Shown piece by piece: positions 29,818-38,086 of a stretch of DNA of 64,000 bases. The position numbers and the translations under genes were made by a program. The notes under the pieces were generated by a model that saw nothing but the letters and a program-made list of their open reading frames with translations, did not search any database and was not told the origin of the DNA. Every line of letters starts with the position of its first letter. Within the stretch, counting starts at the first letter, position 1. The stretch lies in the NCBI GenBank assembly GCA_041653755.1, contig JBAZEU010000001.1, positions 129,398 through 193,397 of the forward strand, read 5' to 3'. The stretch is from Minisyncoccota bacterium. Its GTDB lineage: Bacteria > Patescibacteriota > Minisyncoccia > UBA6257 > UBA9933.

Positions 29818-30540
29818 GTGATTAACAAAAAATCGAAAAAACCCAAATACATTATTGGTATAGATGAGGTTGGTAGGGGACCGTTGGCCGGACCAGTTGT
29901 GGTAGCGGCTTTAGCGCTCCCACAAAATTCCTGCCTGTCCGGCAGGCAGGCAAAATTAAGAATTAAAAATGCAGAGTTGAGAACTACGGAAAAATCTAAA
30001 AATTCTGAATTCTTAATTCTGCATTCTAAATTAGCGAAGCTTAGGGACTCTAAAAAACTTTCACCGCAACAAAGAGAAAAATGGTTTGATTGGGTAAAAG
30101 AAAATAAAATTCTATACGCAGTTGCATCAGTTTCGCCAAGAATAATTGATAAAATTAATATATCGAACGCCGCAAACTTAGCAGCCCAAAACGCTCTCGA
30201 GCGTTTAATTAAGAATGCCGTGCCTGCCGGCAGGCAGGCAGAATTCAGAATTAAGAATTGTAAGGTTTTCCTTGACGGCGGACTGTATCTAAAAAGATTC
30301 AAGATTCAAGATCTAAGATGCAAGACAGTTATTCGGGGTGACGAAAAAATTCCAGCGATCTCTTTGGCTTCAATTGTTGCAAAAGTCACGCGTGATAAAA
30401 AAATGAAGGAATTTCATAAAAAATATCCTCGTTATGGTTTTGATAAGCATAAGGGCTATGGGACGAAATATCATATCAGAGCCATCAAAAGAAATGGTGT
30501 TTCAAAAATACATCGAAAAAGTTTTTTGAAAAACTTTTGA
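29818..30540 (+). CDS. rnhB: ribonuclease HII carrying two in-frame repeat-derived insertions
   Basis: GIDEVGRGPLAGPV...DSKKLS...KGDEKIPAISLASIVAKVTRD...YGFDKHKGYGTKYH; about 35 aa and about 12 aa of extra sequence at the repeat sites. Confidence 0.85.
   Translation: MINKKSKKPKYIIGIDEVGRGPLAGPVVVAALALPQNSCLSGRQAKLRIKNAELRTTEKSKNSEFLILHSKLAKLRDSKKLSPQQREKWFDWVKENKILYAVASVSPRIIDKINISNAANLAAQNALERLIKNAVPAGRQAEFRIKNCKVFLDGGLYLKRFKIQDLRCKTVIRGDEKIPAISLASIVAKVTRDKKMKEFHKKYPRYGFDKHKGYGTKYHIRAIKRNGVSKIHRKSFLKNF
29929..30040. repeat. MITE-like element: GC hairpin (CCTGCCTG-TCCGG-CAGGCAGG) plus inverted AGAATTA-heptad arrays, in-frame inside rnhB
   Basis: Left array AAAATTAAGAATTAAAAATGCAGAG and inverted right array CTGAATTCTTAATTCTGCATTCTAAATTAGC resemble the arrays flanking the 4HB gene at 59021/59399. 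Confidence 0.55.
30217..30262. repeat. second, solo copy of the GC palindrome (CCTGCCGGCAGG) plus heptad array (AGAATTCAGAATTAAGAATTG) inside rnhB
   Basis: Same composite architecture as 29929..30040, left half only. Confidence 0.5.
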
Positions 30541-30551
30541 GATTTGACTAT

Positions 30552-30580
30552 TTGACATAATCGATTGACTTCAGTATTAT
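30552..30580 (+). promoter_or_regulatory. promoter (TTGACA-17-TATTAT)
   Basis: Consensus -35 with a near-consensus -10, upstream of the 30626 ORF. Confidence 0.45.
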
Positions 30581-30625
30581 TAAGATAATTTTTAGCAACT
30601 TTAATTTAAAATAACGGAGGGGAAA

Positions 30626-30994
30626 ATGAACAGGGCAAAAGGCATTATTAGAACGATCGGCATAGGAAGGTTTGAAGAAATTTGTAATAGTATCGGTCTT
30701 GACGGGAAAGGTCTTGATCGGAAGCAAAGACATGTTTTGCGAAGAATTTTTAGACATTACGACAATATTAATGAAAGCAAAGAGCGTTATCCGAGCAGTG
30801 AAGAAGTGGAGAAAGGCAAGAAAAAATTTTTCGAGTATGAAGTAATACTGCATAAAGTTTCTAACTCTGAAGCAAAAATACTTTGCTCAGCTATCTCAAT
30901 GATTCAAAAAGAACGAGACAAGAAAGTTAGACAAGAATTACCCGCCCAACGAAACTCTGTTGGGCGGTTTTTTTTGTTGCTTGTTTATTGCTGA
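30626..30994 (+). CDS. hypothetical protein
   Basis: GGAGG RBS; the ORF runs through the terminator hairpin at its 3' end. Confidence 0.45.
   Translation: MNRAKGIIRTIGIGRFEEICNSIGLDGKGLDRKQRHVLRRIFRHYDNINESKERYPSSEEVEKGKKKFFEYEVILHKVSNSEAKILCSAISMIQKERDKKVRQELPAQRNSVGRFFLLLVYC
30941..30976 (+). terminator. intrinsic terminator
   Basis: CCGCCCAAC...GTTGGGCGG followed by T8. Confidence 0.65.
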
Positions 30995-30995
30995 G

Positions 30996-31023
30996 TTGAC
31001 AAAATCTTCTAATAAGCTAAAAT
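30996..31023 (+). promoter_or_regulatory. promoter (TTGACA-16-TAAAAT) for groES-groEL
   Basis: Hexamer match; no CIRCE inverted repeat found. Confidence 0.4.
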
Positions 31024-31036
31024 AACTACCTATACA

Positions 31037-31330
31037 ATGAACCTCAAACCACTTTCAAACCATATTTTTATAGAGCCGGTTGAAGAAGAAAAGATTACTC
31101 AATCGGGTATTGTTTTGCCTGAAACAGCGGATAAAGAAAAGCCAATAAAGGGCAAAATTTTTGCTGTTGGTTTAGGAAAGAAAAACGATAAAGGAGAAAT
31201 AATCCCAATGTCTGTGAAAGTGGGGGATATGATTTTATTTAAAAAATACGGTCCTGACGAAATCGAAATTGAAGGGAAAAAATATTTGGTCGGCGATGAA
31301 GACGATGTATTAGCAATTTTGGAATCATAA
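31037..31330 (+). CDS. groES: co-chaperonin GroES
   Basis: Typical GroES sequence (LKPL.N.I.IEP; VGDMILFKKYG). Confidence 0.9.
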   Translation: MNLKPLSNHIFIEPVEEEKITQSGIVLPETADKEKPIKGKIFAVGLGKKNDKGEIIPMSVKVGDMILFKKYGPDEIEIEGKKYLVGDEDDVLAILES

Positions 31331-31332
31331 GT

Positions 31333-32955
31333 ATGGCCAAACAAATCTTATTTAATGAAAACGCAAGAGCGGCGTTAAAAAAGGGGATTGATAAATTAGC
31401 CGAAGCGGTCAAAATGACTTTGGGCCCGCGTGGACGAGCAGTTGTGATTGAAAAGGGTTATGGCGCGCCGCAGGTAACTTTCGACGGAGTTACTGTTGCC
31501 AAAGAAATTGACTTACAGGAAAAATATGAAAAGTTGGGCGCTGATTTCATTAAACAAGCCGCTGAAAAAACAAATGATAATGTAGGCGACGGGACAACCA
31601 CTTCGGTTGTTTTAGCGCACGCCATAATTGATGAAGGAGAAAAATTAATCCGCGAAAAAGGATTTAACGTCATTCAATTAGCCGAAGAGCTTAAGAAATC
31701 AAGCGAAGAAATTATAAAAAACTTAGAAAGCCAAAAGGAATTAATCGAAGAGAACAAAAAGATAAAAGAAGTAGCGACTTTAGCGGCTAAAGACGGAGAA
31801 ATGGGCAGTTTAATCGCCGAGGTAATGGAAAAGATCACTAAAGACGGCGCTGTCACGGTTGAGGATTCTAATACCGTGGGCAACTCTTATGAAATTGTTG
31901 AAGGGATGGAATTTGATCGTGGTTATATTTCTCATTATATGATGACTAATCCTGAAAGAATGGAGGCGGTTTTGGAGAACCCCTATATTTTAATTACTGA
32001 CAAAAAAATATCAGCAATTAACGAGCTTCTTCCTTTATTAGAAAAACTTATAAAAGAGGGGAAGAAAGAGCTTGCTATTATTGCTGAAGATGTTGATGGA
32101 GAAGCATTGGCAACGCTTGTTGTTAATAAGCTTCGAGGAATTTTCAATATTTTAGCCGTAAAGGCGCCAGGTTTTGGCGATAGGAAGAAAGAGATGCTTG
32201 AAGATATTTCTGTTCTTACCGGCGCTACTGTTGTTTCAGGGGATTTAGGAAAGAAGCTGGAAAATGTTGAAATAGCAGAATTAGGCCAAGCCCATCGAAT
32301 AGTTGCGAATAAAGATAAAACGACCATTGTTGGTGGTAAAGGAGATAAAAAATTTGTTGACGATAGAATCAGTCAAATTAAAAATCAAATCGCAAAAAGT
32401 GATTCAGAATTTGATAAAGAAAAATTGCAGGAACGGCTTGGAAAACTTTCTGGCGGCGTAGCGGTAATCAAAATTGGTGCGCCAACCGAATCAGCCCAAA
32501 AAGAATTGAAACAGAGAGTTGAAGATGCGGTTTTTGCGACTCGCGCAGCCATGGAAGAGGGAATTGTTCCCGGCGGAGGAATCGCTCTCTTCAACGCAAT
32601 TTTGAATAAAGAAAACAGTTCGATTTCCACTGCGGCCTATTCGATTTTAAATTACGCCTTACAGGCGCCTCTTTCATCGATTGTTACCAACAGCGGCGGG
32701 TCAGCCAATGTCGTTATTAAAGAATTAACAACCAAGAAAAAATTATACGCGGATAACTGGCTTGGTTTTAATGCGGTCACGAAAAAGATTGTTAATCTTA
32801 AAGAAGACGGGATTATTGATCCATTGAAAGTTGTTAAAACCGCTTTTATTAACGCGTTATCGGTAGCCAGCAATTATCTAGTTGTGGGCGCGGCGATAAT
32901 TGACTTGCCGGAGAAAAAAGACGATCACAATCATGCTTCGCCGGGAGAATACTAA
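31333..32955 (+). CDS. groEL: chaperonin GroEL
   Basis: MAKQILFNENAR...GPRGR.VVI...; ATP site DGTTT. Confidence 0.95.
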   Translation: MAKQILFNENARAALKKGIDKLAEAVKMTLGPRGRAVVIEKGYGAPQVTFDGVTVAKEIDLQEKYEKLGADFIKQAAEKTNDNVGDGTTTSVVLAHAIIDEGEKLIREKGFNVIQLAEELKKSSEEIIKNLESQKELIEENKKIKEVATLAAKDGEMGSLIAEVMEKITKDGAVTVEDSNTVGNSYEIVEGMEFDRGYISHYMMTNPERMEAVLENPYILITDKKISAINELLPLLEKLIKEGKKELAIIAEDVDGEALATLVVNKLRGIFNILAVKAPGFGDRKKEMLEDISVLTGATVVSGDLGKKLENVEIAELGQAHRIVANKDKTTIVGGKGDKKFVDDRISQIKNQIAKSDSEFDKEKLQERLGKLSGGVAVIKIGAPTESAQKELKQRVEDAVFATRAAMEEGIVPGGGIALFNAILNKENSSISTAAYSILNYALQAPLSSIVTNSGGSANVVIKELTTKKKLYADNWLGFNAVTKKIVNLKEDGIIDPLKVVKTAFINALSVASNYLVVGAAIIDLPEKKDDHNHASPGEY

Positions 32956-32976
32956 AATAAATCATTTAGCAGCTTA

Positions 32977-33015
32977 AAACAGGACACTTTCTTGCGGGAA
33001 AGCGTCCTGTTTTTA
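32977..33015 (+). terminator. intrinsic terminator
   Basis: ACAGGACACTTTC...GAAAGCGTCCTGT followed by T5. Confidence 0.65.
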
Positions 33016-33097
33016 TACAGCCGTTTTTTATGTTACAATTTATTTACCTGAAAAGGTCGAAGTATTAACAAAAAATAAAACAATAAAATATAAAATA

Positions 33098-33652
33098 ATG
33101 AAAAAAATATTAGTCGTATTACTCGCTATTATCGCTATTATCCTGCTTTACGGCTTATTCACTTATAACCGTTTAGTCAGTGGCCGAGAAAACATTGATA
33201 ATCAATGGGCACAAGTGCAAACTGAATATCAAAGGAGGTTTGATCTTATCCCAAACTTAGTGGAGTCAGTTAAAGGAGTGATGAAGCAAGAGCAGTCGAT
33301 TTTTAACGCTTTAGCCGAAGCTCGAACACATTATAGCGGTGCTCAAACCGTTGACGAAAAAGCAGCAGCCGCAACAGAAGTCGAAGGTGCTTTAGGAAAA
33401 CTTTTAGCCATCGTGGAGAATTATCCTCAATTGAAATCATCAGATAATGTTCAAACCTTAATGGCTCAGCTTGAAGGAACTGAAAATAGAATCAGCGTTG
33501 AGAGAAAAAGATTTAATGACAAAGTTCGCGATTTCAACTTAATGATCAAGCGTTTTCCGTCAAATATCGTTGCGCAAATGTTCGGTTTTTCTGAACGTTC
33601 ATATTTTGAAGCGCCTACTGAAACCCAGAATGCTCCAAAAGTAGAATTGTAG
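33098..33652 (+). CDS. LemA family protein
   Basis: Transmembrane helix plus YNRLVSGRENIDNQWAQVQTEYQRRFDLIPNLV. Confidence 0.8.
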   Translation: MKKILVVLLAIIAIILLYGLFTYNRLVSGRENIDNQWAQVQTEYQRRFDLIPNLVESVKGVMKQEQSIFNALAEARTHYSGAQTVDEKAAAATEVEGALGKLLAIVENYPQLKSSDNVQTLMAQLEGTENRISVERKRFNDKVRDFNLMIKRFPSNIVAQMFGFSERSYFEAPTETQNAPKVEL

Positions 33653-34534
33653 ATGATTAAACGCCATTTAGTTTTAGGATTATTATTGCCAATAATAGTG
33701 CCGTTGGTTGTTTTTGCGTATGTAAATCCTGGTAAGCCGTCTGGTTTTGTAAATGATTTTGCCGGTCTTTTAAATGATTCTCAACGCCAACAGCTGGAGC
33801 AAAAGCTTTCGGCATTCGAAAAAAGCACAGGCAATGAAATTTCAGTAGTTACGATTTCTAATTTGGGAGGAGATACGATTGAGAGTTTTGCCGTAAAACT
33901 TTTTGAGGATTGGGGAATCGGCAAAAAAGGGAAAGACAATGGTGTGCTAATTCTTGTAGCAAAAGAAGACCGCAAAGTTCGTATCGAAGTCGGTTATGGG
34001 CTGGAAGGTTCTTTAACCGATGCCCAAAGTTATTGGATTATCAACAATGAAATTCTTCCTGCGTTTAAGCAAAATAATTTCTATCAAGGTATTGATAGCG
34101 CGACAGATAAAATTATTTCTGCTATCGGCGGAGAAGTAATCCCGTCAGCTGAGACAAATTCGAAAGCAAACAATAGCGGAGTTGATCCGATTGATTTGGT
34201 ATTTTTTGGATTTTTTGGATTGATGTGGCTTTCAAGTATTTTTGCCCGTTCAAAATCGTGGTGGGCCGGAGGTATTGTTGGGGGTATTGCAGGCGTTATA
34301 ATCGGCCTTATCAAGGGATTTATGTTTGTGGGGATCATCAGTTTGGGCGTTTTGATTCCTTTAGGCCTTCTTTTCGATTTTGTAGTTTCGAGATCTTATG
34401 CTAAAAGTAAGACATTAGGACAAAGGCCGCCCTGGTGGATTGGTGGGGGGAGTTCTGGCTCTGGGGGTGGCGGAGGATTTGGCGGGTTTGGCGGCGGAAG
34501 TTCTGGCGGCGGCGGCTCAAGCGGCAGTTGGTAA
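33653..34534 (+). CDS. TPM-domain protein (YgcG-like) with Gly-rich C-terminus
   Basis: FVNDFAGLL...SVVTI..LGGD...NGVLILVAKEDRKVRIEVGYGLEG; start overlaps the lemA stop. Confidence 0.75.
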   Translation: MIKRHLVLGLLLPIIVPLVVFAYVNPGKPSGFVNDFAGLLNDSQRQQLEQKLSAFEKSTGNEISVVTISNLGGDTIESFAVKLFEDWGIGKKGKDNGVLILVAKEDRKVRIEVGYGLEGSLTDAQSYWIINNEILPAFKQNNFYQGIDSATDKIISAIGGEVIPSAETNSKANNSGVDPIDLVFFGFFGLMWLSSIFARSKSWWAGGIVGGIAGVIIGLIKGFMFVGIISLGVLIPLGLLFDFVVSRSYAKSKTLGQRPPWWIGGGSSGSGGGGGFGGFGGGSSGGGGSSGSW

Positions 34535-34551
34535 AAATATATACAAAATAC

Positions 34552-34950
34552 ATGGAAAAAATTGAATCTGAAAATTTAATCAAAGGAACAGAAGATGTGG
34601 AACGCTACGAGAAAATACGTGAAGAACTTTTAACTTGGCTTCCGGGGCAGGATCCGAAAAATCTATATTCTGATTTGATAAAAGCAGGCATGGAAGAAGG
34701 TAAGTTAACCAACGAACCGTTGGAAATATTTGCGCGCTTTAAAGAGGGGAAAATAACAATGGAAGAATTTATAGACGCAAGGGATGAATATGTTCGTGGC
34801 GTGGAAGGAAAGTTAGTCAAGCAAGAAAAATCAGAAAAGGAGCGCAACGAAGAGTTAGAGAAGGATAGCGGAATTGTTTTGCTTAATCTTCTATCGAACA
34901 AATTTAATACAGTTGAAGACACTCTAGAAAGATTGAAAAGAGGAAATTAA
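34552..34950 (+). CDS. hypothetical protein
   Basis: [15 protein letters not shown]; the 5' part of the track ORF (34435) overlaps the TPM gene out of frame and is unlikely to be coding. Confidence 0.45.
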   Translation: MEKIESENLIKGTEDVERYEKIREELLTWLPGQDPKNLYSDLIKAGMEEGKLTNEPLEIFARFKEGKITMEEFIDARDEYVRGVEGKLVKQEKSEKERNEELEKDSGIVLLNLLSNKFNTVEDTLERLKRGN

Positions 34951-34961
34951 AATAAAATTTT

Positions 34962-35049
34962 GGAGAGGTCGCATAGTGGCCTAGTGCGTCCGCTTGGAAA
35001 GCGGATATACCGAAAGGTATCCAGGGTTCGAATCCCTGCCTCTCCGCCA
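34962..35049 (+). tRNA. tRNA-Ser (anticodon GGA), CCA encoded
   Basis: GGAGAGG...CCTCTCC acceptor, long variable arm (TATACCGAAAGGTATC), anticodon loop TTGGAAA, T-arm GGGTTCGAATCCC. Confidence 0.85.
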
Positions 35050-35111
35050 AGTCGAGCGAGGTTATCCCGCTCGATACGCGCTAAATTTAAAACGAATAGC
35101 GAAAAAATAAT

Positions 35112-35948
35112 TTGAGTTCTAATATATACCAAAAAATTCTTGCTTTTTACCCCTTTCTAACTAAAAGAGAGAAAGATTCTTTTAAGAGAAAAGCCGCTCC
35201 TATTATAAGGAATGGTGCTTCCAATAATCTGGAATTAAAAGAAATAATTGAAAAATTATTGCGATTATTGAATAATCCACATGCTGATATTAAAAGATAT
35301 AAGAAATCAACAAAAAAAGAAGCCGAGAGAAAACATTCACCATCTTTTAACATAGAGAAGAAAATCATTTTTATAAAAATCTCTTCTTGGACAATGTGGC
35401 TCGGAGATTTTAGTAAAAAGTTAGTTAATGTATGCGTCAAAAATTTAAATAAATATGATGGGATAATCATTGATGTCAGAGAAAATTATGGCGGTTCTTC
35501 AAGCACAGCTTTTAATTTTGCAAGAATCTTCTTCGATAAATCAGTTATTTATGGAAGATTTATTAAGAGAATCTCGGATAAAGGATTAAAAACTAGCATA
35601 GGAAGATTATCGCCCGACAAAAAAAATTTTATTAATAAGCCGATTGTAATATTGGTCTCTAAAAAATGTTTTAGTTCAACAGAATTATTTCTTTCCCTTT
35701 TCAAAATTTCTAAAAGAGCGGTTATAATCGGCGAAAAAACCCGTGGCGGAAGCGGTTGCCCTATATCTGAAATAATAAAGATAAATAAGGTAAAATACAT
35801 TGTTAGAATACCAACTTGGAGATTTTTTCTAAAGGGGAAAAATAAACCAATAGAGAAAACAAAGATCAATCCCGACCTTACTTATAAAAAGAGCGATATT
35901 GAAGAATTTGCGAAAAAATATTTATTAGAACACCATAAAAACGATTGA
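35112..35948 (+). CDS. S41-family (C-terminal processing) peptidase-like protein
   Basis: ILVSKKCFSSTELF (Ser) ... IIGEKTRGGSG (Lys) resembles the S41 Ser/Lys dyad region; no PDZ domain evident. Confidence 0.4.
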   Translation: MSSNIYQKILAFYPFLTKREKDSFKRKAAPIIRNGASNNLELKEIIEKLLRLLNNPHADIKRYKKSTKKEAERKHSPSFNIEKKIIFIKISSWTMWLGDFSKKLVNVCVKNLNKYDGIIIDVRENYGGSSSTAFNFARIFFDKSVIYGRFIKRISDKGLKTSIGRLSPDKKNFINKPIVILVSKKCFSSTELFLSLFKISKRAVIIGEKTRGGSGCPISEIIKINKVKYIVRIPTWRFFLKGKNKPIEKTKINPDLTYKKSDIEEFAKKYLLEHHKND

Positions 35949-36134
35949 GATGAACCATGCGATAAACTTAATAAATGAATTTGAGACAGATTTTAAAATT
36001 GTATAGCCAGTGAAATTAGACCTGCTCGAGACGCGTCATTGTGGTAGAATAAAACTAGTTAAAATAACATTATGGACTTGGCCGACCACGGTTCTAGCCC
36101 GAGACGACCCGCCAAAATTACGTAATTTTATTAT

Positions 36135-36623
36135 ATGGAAAAACTAAGAGATGTAACGCTCGTCTTTTTAATAGAAAAAGACGAGGGGAGAATAGATAAA
36201 ATTTGTCTTGCGATGAAAAAGAGAGGATTTGGAGCGAATAGATGGAATGGCGTCGGTGGAAAAGTTCATGATGGCGAAACCTTGGACCAGACCGCGAAAA
36301 GAGAGGCAAATGAAGAAATAGGAGTTGATTTGAAAAATCTTATTAAAATTGCCGAATTGTCTTTTTATTTTCCGCATAATTCGGATTGGAACCAAATGGT
36401 GCATGCGTATTTTTGTGAAGATTGGGAAGGCGATCCGGTTGAATCCGAAGAAATGAAACCCGATTGGTTTTCTATCCCAGAGATACCATATTCAGAAATG
36501 TGGCCAGCTGATAATTTTTGGCTTCCAGAAGTTATAAATGGTAATCTTTTAAAAGCTGTAATCCATTTCGGGGAAGGGGATGTTGTCTTGGATAAAAAAT
36601 TAGATATTATAGAAAAGTTTTAG
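36135..36623 (+). CDS. NUDIX hydrolase
   Basis: Nudix box GGKVHDGETLDQTAKREANEEIGV. Confidence 0.75.
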   Translation: MEKLRDVTLVFLIEKDEGRIDKICLAMKKRGFGANRWNGVGGKVHDGETLDQTAKREANEEIGVDLKNLIKIAELSFYFPHNSDWNQMVHAYFCEDWEGDPVESEEMKPDWFSIPEIPYSEMWPADNFWLPEVINGNLLKAVIHFGEGDVVLDKKLDIIEKF

Positions 36624-36631
36624 AATTTATT

Positions 36632-37120
36632 ATGGAGAATAATCAATATCTACACGAAGTAGCGATAACGGCCATTATTATAAAAGATGGGAAATTTTTG
36701 ATTACCAGAAGATCCCCGAATAAAAAAAGATTTCCTGGGATGTGGACTGTGCCAGGCGGAAAAATGGAGTCCAATGATTATTTACAATTGCCTAAAGATA
36801 CAGAACATTATTGGTACAATGTCTTAGAAAGGACTTTAAGAAGAGAAGTGAAAGAAGAAGTTGGAATTGATATCGATAATATTGAATACGTGACAAGCTT
36901 AGCGACTGTCCACGTTGATGGCAGTCCTTCGTTGGTAATTTCTTGCGCAGCGGATTATATCTCTGGTGAAATCAAGCTTCAAGCCGAAGAAAATGACCAA
37001 TTCGCTTGGGTCAGCTTAGAGGAAGCGAAAAGTTATCAGCTTCTTGATGGAATTTATGACGAATTAGTAATGGTTGAGAATAAAAGGAATGGGGAAAAAT
37101 CCGAATGGAAACGTTTTTAA
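36632..37120 (+). CDS. NUDIX hydrolase
   Basis: Nudix box variant GGKMES...RTLRREVKEEVGI. Confidence 0.7.
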   Translation: MENNQYLHEVAITAIIIKDGKFLITRRSPNKKRFPGMWTVPGGKMESNDYLQLPKDTEHYWYNVLERTLRREVKEEVGIDIDNIEYVTSLATVHVDGSPSLVISCAADYISGEIKLQAEENDQFAWVSLEEAKSYQLLDGIYDELVMVENKRNGEKSEWKRF

Positions 37121-37127
37121 TAAATCT

Positions 37128-37640
37128 ATGAACAAAAAACTTATTTTTATCATCGTAATAATTTTAATACTGGGAGGAGTTATTTTAAGTTTGAGATTAT
37201 TGAACGGCGGGGAGGACAATTGGATTTGCGTGAAGGATCAATGGGTGAAACACGGAAATCCAAGTTCACCGCAACCAACAACTGGTTGCGGGCAAGAGAT
37301 TATAAAGGGTTTTAGCAATGACAAAATTAAGCTCGATAATTTAAAATCTAACGATGAGATTTCGAGTCCGCTTACGATAACGGGGAAAATAAAAGGAACT
37401 TGGTTTTTCGAAGGAAGTTTTCCCGTGATTCTTGTTGATTGGGACGGCAAAATTATTGCGCAAGTTCCAGCTACGGCTAAAAGCGATTGGATGACAGAAG
37501 ATTTTGTGCCGTTTGAAGCAATAATTAATTTCCAAAAGCCCAGCTATGGGGAAAAGGGGAGCTTGATTTTCAAAAAAGATAATCCATCCGGGTTGCCGCA
37601 AAATGACGACGCGATAGAAATACCAGTAGTTTTCAAATAG
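37128..37640 (+). CDS. membrane-anchored protein with Gmad2-type Ig-like domain
   Basis: Transmembrane helix MNKKLIFIIVIILILGG; C-terminal SSPLTITGKIKGTWFFEGSFPV...; the start is moved from the track's 37074. Confidence 0.5.
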   Translation: MNKKLIFIIVIILILGGVILSLRLLNGGEDNWICVKDQWVKHGNPSSPQPTTGCGQEIIKGFSNDKIKLDNLKSNDEISSPLTITGKIKGTWFFEGSFPVILVDWDGKIIAQVPATAKSDWMTEDFVPFEAIINFQKPSYGEKGSLIFKKDNPSGLPQNDDAIEIPVVFK

Positions 37641-37647
37641 CAGTTAG

Positions 37648-37676
37648 TTGACAAAAAAGGAGAGGTGAAGTAGTAT
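37648..37676 (+). promoter_or_regulatory. promoter (TTGACA-17-TAGTAT)
   Basis: Consensus -35 with a 17-nt spacer, driving the short structured transcript below. Confidence 0.45.
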
Positions 37677-37682
37677 ATCTAT

Positions 37683-37789
37683 ATCCGTAGATAACAGGCA
37701 ACCATCCGCGCTATAGCGGGGCAAGTAAGTCCTGTCGAGGAAATACAATGAGTTAATTGTGTTTTGTGTCTGCGAGAGCAGACATTTTT
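37683..37789 (+). ncRNA. candidate small structured RNA or rplJL leader (unclassified)
   Basis: Promoter upstream; hairpins ATCTA-TATCCG-TAGAT and CCGC-GCTATA-GCGG; ACAGG...CCTGT enclosure; ends in terminator TGTCTGC-GAGA-GCAGACA plus T6 (37766-37789). Confidence 0.4.
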
Positions 37790-37802
37790 TATCCCTCACC
37801 CT
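37790..37802. repeat. left arm of perfect 13-bp inverted repeat ATCCCTCACCCTT
   Basis: Exact reverse complement of 38074..38086. Confidence 0.6.
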
Positions 37803-37816
37803 TTAAGAATAAGATT

Positions 37817-38074
37817 ATGTTTTTCGTTTATATATTGAGGTCAAGAAAAGATAATAGTTTTTATATAGGTTTTGCCCCAGAATTACGCAAAAGGTTGGAA
37901 AAACATAATCAAGGATTGGTGAGATCAACAAAAAACATCAGGCCAATGGAGCTAATATATTTTGAAGGATATAAATCAAAAACAGATGCTTTAATTCGTG
38001 AAAGAAGATTAAAACGTTTTACCAAAGGATTTGCGTCATTAAAAAGTCGTTTAGTAAATTCATTAAATTCTTGA
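37817..38074 (+). CDS. GIY-YIG nuclease family protein (YhbQ/UPF0213-like)
   Basis: MFFVYILRS..NSFYIGFAPELRKRLEKHNQG...RERRLKR; the track ORF starts at an upstream TTG (37757) that lies inside the preceding terminator, so an ATG start is preferred. Confidence 0.7.
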   Translation: MFFVYILRSRKDNSFYIGFAPELRKRLEKHNQGLVRSTKNIRPMELIYFEGYKSKTDALIRERRLKRFTKGFASLKSRLVNSLNS

Positions 38075-38086
38075 AGGGTGAGGGAT
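38074..38086. repeat. right arm of 13-bp inverted repeat AAGGGTGAGGGAT (overlaps rplJ RBS and ATG)
   Basis: Reverse complement of 37790..37802; AGGGTGAGGG serves as the SD for rplJ. Confidence 0.6.

Noticed and set aside
29796-30302. 168-aa minus-strand ORF across the rnhB repeats
   Set aside because: It is antisense to a well-conserved RNase HII and is created by the palindromic repeat DNA.
30996-31036. Looked for a CIRCE element (TTAGCACTC-N9-GAGTGCTAA) upstream of groES
   Set aside because: None is present. Only a plain sigma-70-like promoter was found.
34435-34551. 5' extension of ORF 34435..34950 (WGEFWLWGWRR...)
   Set aside because: It overlaps the Gly-rich C-terminus of the TPM protein in another frame and is compositionally driven. 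The real start is probably 34552.
36041-36134. GC-rich segment upstream of the NUDIX genes containing ACGGTTCTAGCCCG, which matches the GGUUCUAGC loop of the B. subtilis preQ1-I riboswitch
   Set aside because: The A-rich tail with a CUA pseudoknot partner is absent. The stem is only about 3 bp. Downstream genes are NUDIX hydrolases rather than queuosine biosynthesis or transport genes. Most likely a chance 9-mer match.
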